Assembly: GCA_937950125.1 (NCBI GenBank)
Contig: CALFEP010000039.1
Location: forward strand, 3,079-67,078
Source of the DNA: an uncultured Bacteroidota bacterium
GTDB lineage: Bacteria > Bacteroidota > Bacteroidia > Bacteroidales > 4484-276
Length of the DNA: 64,000 nt
Reading direction: 5' to 3'
Part shown: positions 37,887 through 47,700 of the stretch, piece by piece
Layout of the letters: each line of letters begins with the position of its first letter
Numbering within the stretch: the first letter of the stretch is position 1
The notes under the pieces: model-generated
What the model was told of the DNA's origin: nothing
The model's database searches: none
Seen by the model: the letters and a program-made list of their open reading frames with translations, nothing else
Position numbers and translations under genes: made by a program

Positions 37887-39740
37887 ATGAAAACAAAACT
37901 ATTATGCACGATTTTTCTGTTTTTTTCCAGCACGCCAATGCTTTTTTGCCAGGACAAAGCGCCTGTTGCTGAAGATGATTTTGCAAGCGCCCAGGCGCCT
38001 CAAACCATCGCCATTCATGCAACGGCCAACGACTTTGCCTATGATGGCCATTCATTTAAAATTTTTCAGGCTTTCGGGGCTCACGGAGGTTCATCAACTT
38101 TTAATGACACTATGATTTTTTATACCCCGAATCTTTATTTTCAGGGAATTGACTCATTAAAATACCGGATTATTGATCTTCAGAACATGATGTTCTCCGA
38201 ATTTGCAGCTGTTTACATTGACGTTCAGAACAAGGGTTTCGGGTTTCTTGATGTAAATGAAGTAAAATGTGAAATCAATTCGTCAGGAAACCAGTTTTGG
38301 AATCAGGAAGACATAGTGACTTTTGAAGTTCCTGCCGGCAGCGGGGTAAACTCCATTTTCAACCAGACATTCTGGATTGGTGGAATGGACGAATATGCCG
38401 AACTGCACTTAGCGGGTGAGCGTTACCGACAGGTTGGAACGGATTTTTTTCCCGGGCCTGTAATGAATATTGGAAGTTACTCCGATTCGCTGGATGTGAT
38501 CTGGCACCGGGTGTGGAAACTGAACTCCGAAGAAATTGAATACCACCGTGCCCACTGGCAGGATTCCGGTTACGAACCCATCGAAAACATTGCTGCCTGG
38601 CCGGGAAATGGCGAAGTTAGCCTGGGTCAGGCCGCCAAACTGGCCCCATATTTCGATTGGGACGGCGACTGCCTGTATGATCCGATGCAAGGTGATTTCC
38701 CGTTGACAAAAGGCAATCAGTGTATCTTCGGGATTTACAACGACGACCGCAGCGAACATTCAGAGTCAGGTGGAAAAAAACTGGGTGTCGAAATCCAGGA
38801 GCTATGGTATGCTTACGACCAGCCCGATGACTCAGCTTTAAAATACACCGTTTTCTGCAACATGAACATCATCAACCGTTCCGACACCAATTATTCTGAA
38901 GTTATGACCGGACATTTCATGGATTTTGATCTGGGCAGCCCGTGGGACGATTACATCGGCTGCGACACTTTGTTAAACTCCGGTTATTGCTACAACGGAA
39001 ATCCGGTTGATGGTTCAGGCGGTGCAGGAACGTACGATGTTTACCCGCCTGCGCAGTCGTTCACCTGTCTGAATTTTAAAATGAATGGGTTCAGTTCTTT
39101 TATCAGCTATGGAACACCCGCCCTCAGCGACCCGTATTCAGCACACGAGTACTACAACTACCTGAATTCGAGATGGAAAGACAGTACTAACCTGACATAC
39201 GGCGGAAATGGATACGGTGGCGACAGTGTGGTAAAATTCATTTACCCGGGCGATCCGGTCAGCAATGAAGGTTGGACAGAAATTAATGCGGAGAATCAGC
39301 CAGGCGACAGAAGGGGATTGATAAGTTCGGGGCCATACAATCTGGCAGCCGGCGACACCCTGAATTTTGAATTTGCGCTGGTTTTTGCCAGGGATTACGA
39401 GGGAGATAACATTTCCAGCATCAGCCTGCTGAGGGAAAGGATCGGACTGCTGAAAGGGTTTTATGAAAATTCACTTGGTTTCGAAAAACCCTCAGTTCAA
39501 ACGGAGAAAGTTGAAGTTTTTCCAAATCCGGTTTCAGATGTGCTTTTCGTGAAGTCAGGAGTGAAGTTTCACAATTGCGATTATGAATTATACGATATTC
39601 TTGGCATGCAGGTAGCCAGTGGAAAAATTGAAAATGAAACCATCTCCTCCATTCCGGTTGCCGGACTAAAACAAGGATTGTATTTCCTGCGATTAAGTTA
39701 TAATGGCCGCTCTTTAACAAAAAAAGTTATTAAAAATTAA
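37887..39740 (+). CDS. Secreted protein of unknown function with a T9SS C-terminal sorting domain
   Basis: Signal peptide, an N-terminal Ig/cadherin-like segment (PVAEDDFA...YRIIDL), and the C-terminus VFPNPVSDVLFV...GLYFLRL. Confidence 0.65.
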   Translation: MKTKLLCTIFLFFSSTPMLFCQDKAPVAEDDFASAQAPQTIAIHATANDFAYDGHSFKIFQAFGAHGGSSTFNDTMIFYTPNLYFQGIDSLKYRIIDLQNMMFSEFAAVYIDVQNKGFGFLDVNEVKCEINSSGNQFWNQEDIVTFEVPAGSGVNSIFNQTFWIGGMDEYAELHLAGERYRQVGTDFFPGPVMNIGSYSDSLDVIWHRVWKLNSEEIEYHRAHWQDSGYEPIENIAAWPGNGEVSLGQAAKLAPYFDWDGDCLYDPMQGDFPLTKGNQCIFGIYNDDRSEHSESGGKKLGVEIQELWYAYDQPDDSALKYTVFCNMNIINRSDTNYSEVMTGHFMDFDLGSPWDDYIGCDTLLNSGYCYNGNPVDGSGGAGTYDVYPPAQSFTCLNFKMNGFSSFISYGTPALSDPYSAHEYYNYLNSRWKDSTNLTYGGNGYGGDSVVKFIYPGDPVSNEGWTEINAENQPGDRRGLISSGPYNLAAGDTLNFEFALVFARDYEGDNISSISLLRERIGLLKGFYENSLGFEKPSVQTEKVEVFPNPVSDVLFVKSGVKFHNCDYELYDILGMQVASGKIENETISSIPVAGLKQGLYFLRLSYNGRSLTKKVIKN

Positions 39741-39751
39741 AACATACTCCC

Positions 39752-39845
39752 GGGCTGAATTTTTCAGGACTCATAGCGCTTTTGCAACTGCTTGATTTAC
39801 ACAAAAAATACCTCACTTCTCCTGAAAATTCAGCCTTTTTTCTTT
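39752..39845 (+). terminator. Long imperfect hairpin (16 bp, one bulge, about 50-nt loop) followed by a T-run
   Basis: GGCTGAATTTTTCAGGA (39752-39768) pairs with TCCTGAAAATTCAGCC (39819-39834), then TTTTTTCTTTT follows. Confidence 0.35.
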
Positions 39846-40100
39846 TAATATTCTGGGATTGAATTCCTTCATTCATCCCGTACAAATGCATTCGCTATCA
39901 AAGCTTTGTGTCTTTGTGGCTATTCTTTTTGCCTCAAATACACAAAGGAACAAAGAAATCAGTTTAAAAAAATAAAGAGGTCAGATTGCTGTGTTTATTC
40001 AGGAAAACTGAACCATTTGATTTCTGATTGGTTTAACATCACAAGCGGCAATAGTTCTATTTTTGCATGTCGTTTTAAAAACCAAAATTGAGGGAAATAA

Positions 40101-40406
40101 GTGAAACCATTGGATGTAAATAGAAATCCTTTTGCGGGAAAACCGGGCGGGGATGTTGTACAATACCCTGTTTCTTTTGAGTTGAAGGTTATTTTCAATA
40201 CTGAAACCGACGAAAATATTCATCGCCGCAATCTTGAGCTGGTGTTGGAAGATTCGGAAATTGGCTATGTTTTCAGAAAATCGGCCAAAAGTGCAAAGGG
40301 CGGTTTTGTGAGCATCACCATGGCAGTAAATGTAGAATCAGAAACCCGGATGCATCAGCTGTACGAAAAACTGAAACTCCTTCCGGGAATCAGGTTTGCC
40401 ATTTAA
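40101..40406 (+). CDS. DUF493 (YbeD-like) small protein
   Basis: YPVSFELKVIF... and the size fit DUF493. The start codon is GTG. Confidence 0.6.
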   Translation: MKPLDVNRNPFAGKPGGDVVQYPVSFELKVIFNTETDENIHRRNLELVLEDSEIGYVFRKSAKSAKGGFVSITMAVNVESETRMHQLYEKLKLLPGIRFAI

Positions 40407-40463
40407 TCAATATACCCTTTCGTACTGTCATTCAATAACATACCTTCAAAAACAGCAGAATGC

Positions 40464-40850
40464 ATGGTTAAAATACTTTACCTGATCCTGGGCGGAGCAA
40501 CCGGAACACTACTCAGATATTGGGTTTCGGGATTGCCACACAAAATTTATGATGGGGTATTTCCGTGGGGCACCCTGATTGTAAATCTTGCAGGTTCATT
40601 TTTAATCGGGTTCAGCTACGGGTTTTTGGGAAGAGAAAATATTTCAACTAATGTTAAGTTGTTTTTATTCATCGGCATTTTCGGGAGTTTTACCACCTTT
40701 TCAACTTTTGCTTTCGAAAGTTTGAACCTGATTCGTGACGGAAATATTAAATTTGCATTAATCAACATGTTAGCCAGCAATATTCTGGGAGTTTTTCTGG
40801 TGTATGTTGGTTTCGTTGTGTCAAAATTATTGTTGAACTTCAAATTTTAA
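40464..40850 (+). CDS. crcB: Fluoride ion channel CrcB/FluC
   Basis: 128 aa with 4 TM segments. Motifs GGATGTLLRY, GTLIVNLAGSFLIGF and GSFTTFSTF are present. Confidence 0.9.
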   Translation: MVKILYLILGGATGTLLRYWVSGLPHKIYDGVFPWGTLIVNLAGSFLIGFSYGFLGRENISTNVKLFLFIGIFGSFTTFSTFAFESLNLIRDGNIKFALINMLASNILGVFLVYVGFVVSKLLLNFKF

Positions 40851-41194
40851 TGATGCAAAACTTACCCGAAAATGGTGTGAAACTGAGGATTTACATTGGC
40901 GAATCCGATACCTGGAAAGGCGAAAATCTTTCGACGGCTATTGTGTTGAAGGCAAAAGAGATGAAACTTGCGGGAGCTACTGTTTTCAGGGGCATTATGG
41001 GTTTTGGCGCCAACAGCCACCTTCATACAACAAAAGTGCTGAGGCTTTCGGAGGATTTGCCGGTTTTGGTTGAAATTGTTGACACAGAGGAAAATATAGA
41101 AAAAATAATGCCTTTCATCGAAGAAACTGTAAAGCAGGGCATGGTAACTCAGGAACGGGTGAATGTGAAACTTTACAGGGCGGAGAGGCAGTAG
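40850..41194 (+). CDS. DUF190 (PII-like) protein, commonly crcB-associated
   Basis: [11 protein letters not shown]...[11 protein letters not shown] matches the DUF190 pattern. Its start overlaps the crcB stop by 1 nt. Confidence 0.75.
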   Translation: MMQNLPENGVKLRIYIGESDTWKGENLSTAIVLKAKEMKLAGATVFRGIMGFGANSHLHTTKVLRLSEDLPVLVEIVDTEENIEKIMPFIEETVKQGMVTQERVNVKLYRAERQ

Positions 41195-41446
41195 GCAGTG
41201 GGAAGTATGCAGTAAGCAGTAGGCAGTGGGCAGTGGTTTCGACAAGCTCAACCACCAGTGAGTTGTGGGCAGTAGGCAGTAGGCAGTAGGCAGTGGGCAG
41301 TAAGCAGTAGGCAGTAAATTACCTCCTAAGACTGGCGACTGGCAACTGAAGACTGCCGACCGGAGACTGCCAACTGAAGACTGCCGACTGGAGACTGCCA
41401 ACTGAAGACTAACGACTTACGACTAACGACTTACGACTTACGACTA
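41185..41446. repeat. Composite heptanucleotide-periodic array: GGCAGTR units, a hairpin core, GGCAGTR units, a 28-nt (4x7) GACTGCC-containing repeat x2, then CGACTTA/CGACTAA units
   Basis: Read directly. The 28-mers at 41349-41376 and 41377-41404 differ at one base. The array starts within the last codons of the DUF190 CDS and ends 7 nt before the next ATG. Confidence 0.9.
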
Positions 41447-41452
41447 AATAAA

Positions 41453-42022
41453 ATGCACGACATCGAACCATATTATTCGTGGAGAAACCTGTACATCGCT
41501 TCGGAGGATGAGCGCTCGCCTTTTTACGAACGTGAATACAGCGAGTTTGAGTTCACCCACGCCATCTACAACCATCTTATTCATCCGCAATGGGACGAGT
41601 TTGGTTCTGCAACCCTGTATCTCAAAATTTTATTTGTGAATTACAAAACCAGGTTTGCCATTATTGAGTTGATTGGCGAATGGAACGACTGCCTTTACAA
41701 CGATGTTATGTTTCTGAAGCGCAATGTTGCTGAACCCCTGGCAGACGAAGGGATCAATAAATTTATCCTGCTGGGTGAAAATGTACTCAATTTCCATTAT
41801 GGCGACGACGATTATTATCAGGAGTGGTTTGAAGATATTGAAGACGGCTGGATTGTCGGGCTGAACTTCAGGCAGCATGTGATTGATGAATTTTCAAGGG
41901 CCAACCTTGACTATTATATTTCATTTGGCGGCCAGTTCGACACCATCAACTGGCGGGCTTACACTCCTGACAAGCTTTTTGAAAAAATTGAATACATTAT
42001 GCAACGACGTTTAACTTCGTGA
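41453..42022 (+). CDS. Hypothetical protein (189 aa, acidic, no recognised domain)
   Basis: Clean ORF with an ATG start and compact spacing to neighbouring genes. Confidence 0.55.
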   Translation: MHDIEPYYSWRNLYIASEDERSPFYEREYSEFEFTHAIYNHLIHPQWDEFGSATLYLKILFVNYKTRFAIIELIGEWNDCLYNDVMFLKRNVAEPLADEGINKFILLGENVLNFHYGDDDYYQEWFEDIEDGWIVGLNFRQHVIDEFSRANLDYYISFGGQFDTINWRAYTPDKLFEKIEYIMQRRLTS

Positions 42023-42031
42023 TAATTAATA

Positions 42032-42298
42032 ATGAAAGCAGCATTAATAACCATAAATGGCCGGGTTCAGGGCGTCGGATTCCGATACCACACCCAAAAA
42101 ACCGCTCTTCAGTACAACATCAAAGGTTTTGTAAAAAATCAGCCTGATGGGAGTGTTTACATTGAAGCCGAAGGAGATGAAACCGACATGGAACGTTTTC
42201 TGATTTGGTGCTACGAAGGCCCGGCATGGGCAAGGGTGGATGATGTTAAAATCCAAAATTCTCCGGTTCAGAAATTTACGGACTTTTCGGTAAAATAA
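42032..42298 (+). CDS. acyP: Acylphosphatase
   Basis: INGRVQGVGFRYHT...GFVKNQPDGSVYIEAEG is the classic acylphosphatase signature. The protein is 88 aa. Confidence 0.9.
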   Translation: MKAALITINGRVQGVGFRYHTQKTALQYNIKGFVKNQPDGSVYIEAEGDETDMERFLIWCYEGPAWARVDDVKIQNSPVQKFTDFSVK

Positions 42299-42323
42299 AC
42301 CTGCAAATTTCAGGAGTTGGGGT

Positions 42324-43304
42324 TTATTCCTGATTATCCGAAATTACTGATATCAAACCTTTAAAAGTTTCTGCCACTTCTTTTTCGTCAGGAATATTTT
42401 TAAAAGCTAACAGCGGTAACTCCCTGGTGTAAACCGGTCTAAGTTTTTTCCATAAGAAATCAAAATCCTTCAATAACGGGGATTCTGAAATGTTTTTGAA
42501 TTTCCAGCCATCAGGTTCATCAAAAGCATTTTTGTCAATTTCGATTACATTTTTCAAATCGGACAAAAAATTTCCGCTATTCAGATATGTTGTGGTTTCC
42601 ACAGCCTTAATCAAGAAATAAATATCATAAAAATGTCTGATTTTCGTTGACAAAACCTGCAAGTAATCAGCTGAAAATGAAAACCTGATGAGTGAAGCAA
42701 GTTTTTCGATCAAAGTCCTGTTTTTATCCAAAGCATTTAGCGAAAAAGTCTGTAAACCATATTTGGAAACCAGGTCATCCCTGCCGTTTTTTTCAAAAAA
42801 CTACCCGATCATACTTTGAATTTCAACCTTTTGCCAGGGTGAAGCGTTGCCAAATGAATTTATCTCGATAATGATGGATTTTTCAGGTTTTTCATGCATA
42901 AAATTCCCGGCAGGCTGTTGATAGGAATAAACAGCTTTTCTGAAACGAGACCCTTTGCTTGTTACGCCTGAAATGGCAATTTCGGTCATGTCCTGTGATA
43001 TTTCCTTTTCAACATTTCTTATCAGGCTTTTGATTTGATTGCCAGTCATTTCATTGGTATTTATCACTGCTAAATCAACATCTTCTGAAAAACGGTCAAT
43101 CAGTCTGAAGCCTTTTGAAAGTGATGTGCCGCCTTTAAAAACAACCGATTCGGCATATTTACTGCCAGACAACCGGGCCAGGGCAAGAGTAATCCAATAA
43201 TCCTTTTCGATATAGTCGTCACGAATAGAAAGGTTATCGGAAATTTCTGTTATAATGGACGCAAATAGAGCAGGTTCATTGTGTAACATCATTTTAACCT
43301 CCAT
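42324..43304 (-). pseudogene. AbiEii/AbiGii-family nucleotidyltransferase toxin interrupted by a single in-frame TAG
   Basis: The N-terminal part (42801-43304) has DYIEKDYWITLAL...VFKGGTSLSKGF..RFSEDVDL. The C-terminal part (42324-42731) is in the same frame. My hand translation of 42732-42800 (FFEKNGRDDLVSKYGLQTFSLNA) is open. The only stop is TAG at 42801-42803. Confidence 0.75.
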
Positions 43305-44014
43305 TTTGTTTTGTTTTTAATAAGTTCATCTGAGATGTTTATTTTATAACTTGTGGCTGGATTCAAGCTTTTTTGAAGTAATTCAGCATAAACGGGTTGA
43401 TTTAATGTTTCAAGAATTACGCCAGTTAACGAACGAGTTGATGCAGGATATTTTAAGGCGAGATTGGCTAATAGACCAATTTCTTTCTCCGACAATTCAC
43501 CAATCAAATTTCGAATTCGTTTAAACGATTGATTGATATTACTGTCAGGGATGATTTTGATAAACCTGATACAGTCCAACAGTTGAAGGAGTGGAATATT
43601 TGTTTTAGTAATTTTGTTCCATTGCCTGATAAACCTTATTGAATATTTTCCTCGCTTAATCTGCTTTTTATCAAAATTAACTCCGATCTGAATGATATTT
43701 GGAACCTGGGTTGTTAATAACCAACGATTAAAAATCACATAACCTGTGATGTAACCAACCGGTCTTTTACCAACAAAAAGAAGATCTTTGACGATTTCAG
43801 ATTCAACAGGCTTCAACGTACCAAAAATTCCCTGTTCAGCAACATAAAATTTTCCCTTAGAAAGCCTTTCAATGCTGCCTTTTTTCACAAGCCTGAATAA
43901 CACCAACTTCAGAGCACCGAATCTGCTGGAATCTATCTTAAAATCGTTATAGGTAAACACTTTTCCTGCCGGGAACTTTTCAATTTGCTTCTCCACAATC
44001 TCCACAGTTTTCAT
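43289..44014 (-). CDS. AbiEi-family antitoxin / transcriptional regulator (DUF6088-like wHTH)
   Basis: FPAGKVFTYNDF...LFRLVKKGSIERLSKGKFYV is a wHTH pattern. It overlaps the toxin start by 16 nt. The ATG at 44014 is preferred over the TTG at 44026. Confidence 0.7.
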   Translation of the reverse strand: MKTVEIVEKQIEKFPAGKVFTYNDFKIDSSRFGALKLVLFRLVKKGSIERLSKGKFYVAEQGIFGTLKPVESEIVKDLLFVGKRPVGYITGYVIFNRWLLTTQVPNIIQIGVNFDKKQIKRGKYSIRFIRQWNKITKTNIPLLQLLDCIRFIKIIPDSNINQSFKRIRNLIGELSEKEIGLLANLALKYPASTRSLTGVILETLNQPVYAELLQKSLNPATSYKINISDELIKNKTKWRLK

Positions 44015-44043
44015 TTGGTAAACCAATTTTTTACAAAATTATC

Positions 44044-44079
44044 ATTTGTAACGTTACTATCGGTAAAAACGTTACAAAT
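44044..44079. promoter_or_regulatory. 12-bp perfect inverted repeat, candidate AbiEi operator
   Basis: ATTTGTAACGTT (44044-44055), a 12-nt spacer, then AACGTTACAAAT (44068-44079). Related half-sites lie at 44031-44039 and 44083-44090. A minus-strand TAATTTTG box lies at 44034-44041. Confidence 0.5.
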
Positions 44080-44193
44080 ATTTTTGTATATTATTTAATT
44101 TCAATTTAATGCCTAACTTGTAAAATACATTTACTGATTTTGAGAGGCTGATTAAACCTGCTGTGTTTTTCAAATCAAAAACCTGATAACATT

Positions 44194-44655
44194 TTAATGT
44201 TGCCCTTTTTTCAGCATTCCTACCACCCTTTTATCAATCGGGAAGGTGATTTCGTTTTCGTCAATATGCTGGATTTTAACCCATCGGAAAGCCTGTGCTC
44301 CTTCAATTTCAGGGATTCCGAAACGGGCTTGTGCCGAAATGATTTTTTCGGGCTGGGTTAATGAGGCCAGATAATAGATGCTGATGAGCTGGTGTGACTC
44401 AGGCAGCAAGTGGGTTGGCTGGAAAAAATCGGTGGTGTAGAAATGCCTGATGTTGCTGATTTCCTGGTTAAGCTCTTCACGGCATTCACGCCGCAGGCAA
44501 TCGATGGTTCCTTCGCCAAACTCGAGACCTCCTCCCGGAAATTTGGTCATAAAGATACCTAACCTGAACTCGTCGGTCAATAAAATCTCATCAAAATGAT
44601 TGATAAACAGACCATAAACCCGTAATGTGAATTTATTAATTTTCGCTTTGCTCAT
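44194..44655 (-). CDS. NUDIX hydrolase
   Basis: Nudix box GGGLEFGEGTIDCLRRECREELN. Confidence 0.85.
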   Translation of the reverse strand: MSKAKINKFTLRVYGLFINHFDEILLTDEFRLGIFMTKFPGGGLEFGEGTIDCLRRECREELNQEISNIRHFYTTDFFQPTHLLPESHQLISIYYLASLTQPEKIISAQARFGIPEIEGAQAFRWVKIQHIDENEITFPIDKRVVGMLKKGQH

Positions 44656-44774
44656 GATTTGGCAAACATAAAGTATTCAGTAACATCAGGAGAATTAAAC
44701 GCAAAAAACCAACCCCAACCACAAATCTTTCTACTTTTACCTTGTTGAATTTTGTAAAAAAAACTGATAAAAAC

Positions 44775-47700
44775 ATGAAAAAACTCATCATCATAGCAGC
44801 AATAACGTTGATTATTGTTTCGATAAATTCGTGTAAACCAGAACAAAGCACCTCCGGCAAAAGCGATCCGCTGAGATTTGAAGGGATAATTACAGGGTTC
44901 ACATCCGGAATTATTCCGGCCGATGCTTCCATAACCATCATGCTTGGCAAACCGGCTGAGGTTATTCAACCTGGCAGCAGCCTGCCTTCGGGAACCCTTA
45001 TTTTCAAACCTTCCATAAAAGGGAAAGCAACACTGGCAGATGCCACCACCGTGGTTTTTAAACCAGATGAGCCCTTGCCATCCGGCACAAAGTTCACTGC
45101 AAGGCTGAAATTGGATAAATTGGTGAAGGTGAATGATGACTTGAAATTTTTTGATTTTGATTTTCAAACCATAAAACAGGATTTTTCGGTTCTCCCCGGT
45201 ACACTCATCCACGAACCCGGACAGCAGTCGCAGCTTAGGCGCTACGAAGGCACTGTGCTAACTGCTGATAAAATGCAACCCGAAACCCTTCAAAAGTTGA
45301 TCAAAGTGTCCACTCCTTATGGCGAGCCTGAAGTGACAATTGAGGCTGTGGGGATTAATGCCTTTTCTTATTCGGTAAGAAATATCCCCCGCCGTGAAAA
45401 CAAGTATGAAATAACCATTTCGTACAACGGACAGCCGGCTGCTATTGACAAAAAAGGCAGTTTCACAGTCGAAATACCATCGCTCAGCGATTTCAGGTTG
45501 CTCGATTACAGGGTGATCAGCCTGGCCGACCAGTCGGTACAGCTCATTTTTTCTGATGCGCCAGATCCTTCGCAGGATTTGAACGGACTTATTTTTTTCA
45601 AAGAAAACACAGGAACCAAAATCTCCAAAAATGGTGTAACTGTCACCATTTATCCAACGGAACGATTGAGCGGCGAAAAAACACTTGTCGTTGACGGAAA
45701 CATCCGCAACGAAAAAGGCAAGACCCTGGGAAAGACTGAAAACCTTCAGGTTGCACTTGAGCAACTGAAACCCCAGATAGAATTGATTGGGAAAGGTACG
45801 ATCATGCCAGATTCGCGGGGGCTGATTTTCCCCTTCAAGGCCGTCAGCCTGAAAGCGGTGGATGTGACTGTTTACAAAATTTTCAGCAACAACATCAAAC
45901 AATGGTTGCAAACCAATACCCTGAATGATGCATGGAGCCTTGAATATGTTGGAAGGCCGGTATTTATGAAAACAGTGATGCTGGATCAGAACCCTGAAAC
46001 CGATCTGAAACAATGGAATGGCTTTTCTGTTGATCTCACCGGGCTGATAAACAAAGATCCTTCATCGGTTTACCGGATTAAAATTTCGTTTAAAAAACCC
46101 TATTCTGTTTACGATTGCGAATCATTTAGCGGAAAGCCCGAAAAAATTGAACCGGTTGAATTGACCGAAGATGAAATAGAATATTGGGATGGTTATTCAT
46201 ACTATTACGACGATTGGCCTGAGGATTACCGATGGGAAGAGCGCGACAATCCCTGTTCATCATCCTACTATACCAATCAGCAATTCAGGGCACGAAACCT
46301 GCTTTCGACCAATTTGGGAATCATTGCAAAAGCCGGAACCAACGGTCACTTTACGGTTGTTGTTACCGATTTGCTCACTACTGCCCCGGTTGAGGGTGCA
46401 GCGGTTGAATTTTTCAGCTTTCAGCAACAAACCCTTGGCAAAGGCCAGACAGGAACGGATGGAATTGCACGCATCAAACCCAATGGAAATCCTTTTCTGG
46501 TTTCAGCAAAATCAAAAAACCAGACTTCCTGGTTACGACTTGATGGCGGGTCATCGCTGTCGGTGAGTAATTTTGATGTTTCGGGAGAGACCATCGAGAA
46601 AGGGATTAAGGGTTATATTTATGGCGAACGTGGTGTTTGGCGGCCAGGCGACTCGCTGTTTCTCACTTTTGTGATGAACGACGAAACCAAAAAACTGCCC
46701 GCTGACCACCCCGTGGTTTTCGAATTGATTGATCCACGTGGACAAATCATTCACAAACAAATGAAAAACAAAGGTTTGGATGGTTTTTATACCTTTATCA
46801 CCACCACCGACACAGAAGCACCGACCGGAAACTGGAAAGCAAAAATTAGTGTTGGGGGTGCTGTTTTTGAAAAATGGCTGAAAATTGAAACCATCAAACC
46901 CAACCGGCTAAAAATCAATCTTGAATTTTCAGGCTTGCCTCTGGTAGCTCAAAAACAAGATCAAAAAGGAAAACTGAAAGCTAACTGGCTGCATGGCTCG
47001 GTAGCTGCAAATTTGAAAACAAGTGTAAGTGTTCGGCTTACGTCATCCGATTATAAATTTCCCGGATATGAAAAATATGTTTTTTCGGACCCCAACAAAA
47101 TTTACTACCCGACTGATATTGAAATATTCAGCGGTAAGCTGGACGCAAATGGACAAACAGAATTTCCGGTAGAAATGCAGGTCAACGACTGGGCGCCCGG
47201 AATGCTGAATGCTACTTTCCAGACCCGTGTTTTTGAGGAAGGCGGCGATTTTAGCACCGATTTTCTAACCCAGCCATTTGCCCCTTTCGACAATTTTGTT
47301 GGTCTGAATGTCCCCGATGGTGGCGATTACAGCAACATGCTCGAAACCGGCAACGACAACCTGATCGATGTTGTGAGTGTTGACAAAACGGGAAAGCTGG
47401 TTTCGCTTAATGATCTCGAACTGAGAATTTACAAGGTGTCGTGGCGCTGGTGGTGGAGCTCGGGAAGCGACAACCTTGCCAATTGGACGAGCGGAGAGGG
47501 TTCGGAACTGATACTTACGAAAAAATTGTCAACTATAAATGGAAAAGCCAAAGAAACTTTCAGGATAGATTACCCTGACTGGGGCCGGTATTTTGTACAG
47601 GTTACCGACCTCAAAGGTGGGCACAGTGCCGGTTTGCCGGTTTATATCGACTGGCCTTCAACTGTGAACCGCCAGGGAAGGGCCAATCCGGCAGGAGCCA

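Noticed and set aside
39752-39834. An invertible (phase-variable) promoter flanked by the 16-17 bp inverted repeats downstream of the T9SS cargo gene.
   Set aside because: The enclosed segment is only about 50 nt. I found no TAnnTTTG box in either orientation, and no site-specific recombinase gene is nearby. A terminator-like hairpin is the simpler reading.
39995-40100. A fluoride riboswitch in AGCGGCAATAGTTCTATTTTTGC just upstream of the DUF493/crcB operon.
   Set aside because: There is only a loose resemblance to the GGCGAUGGUGUUC 5' element. No matching AACCGCC or GCUGAUGA downstream elements or pseudoknot partner are present.
40862-41401. Minus-strand ORFs spanning the heptamer arrays: 40862-41401, 23472-23726, 29776-30084 and 29556-29846. 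They encode LPTAYCP-type repeats.
   Set aside because: The 'protein' repeats are just the 7-nt DNA repeat read in rotating frames. The ORFs also run antisense through real genes (DUF190, lptB start). I treat them as DNA repeats, not genes.
42801-42803. The in-frame TAG in abiEii as programmed recoding (for example pyrrolysine or a suppressor).
   Set aside because: No pyl genes or recoding signals are visible, and the lineage is not known for UAG reassignment. Other genes here terminate at TAG normally, for example 41192-41194 and 23473-23475. A nonsense mutation is the parsimonious reading.
45258-46013. Long antisense ORFs inside large genes. They are 45258-46013 (-) and 48006-48848 (-) in the A2M gene, 58672-59355 (-) in the PPIase gene, 8510-9145 (-), and 3075-3848 (+) opposite the metalloprotease.
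   Set aside because: Each is fully embedded opposite a CDS with strong family motifs. Their translations are low-complexity or Cys/His/Arg-rich with no motifs. They are typical shadow ORFs.
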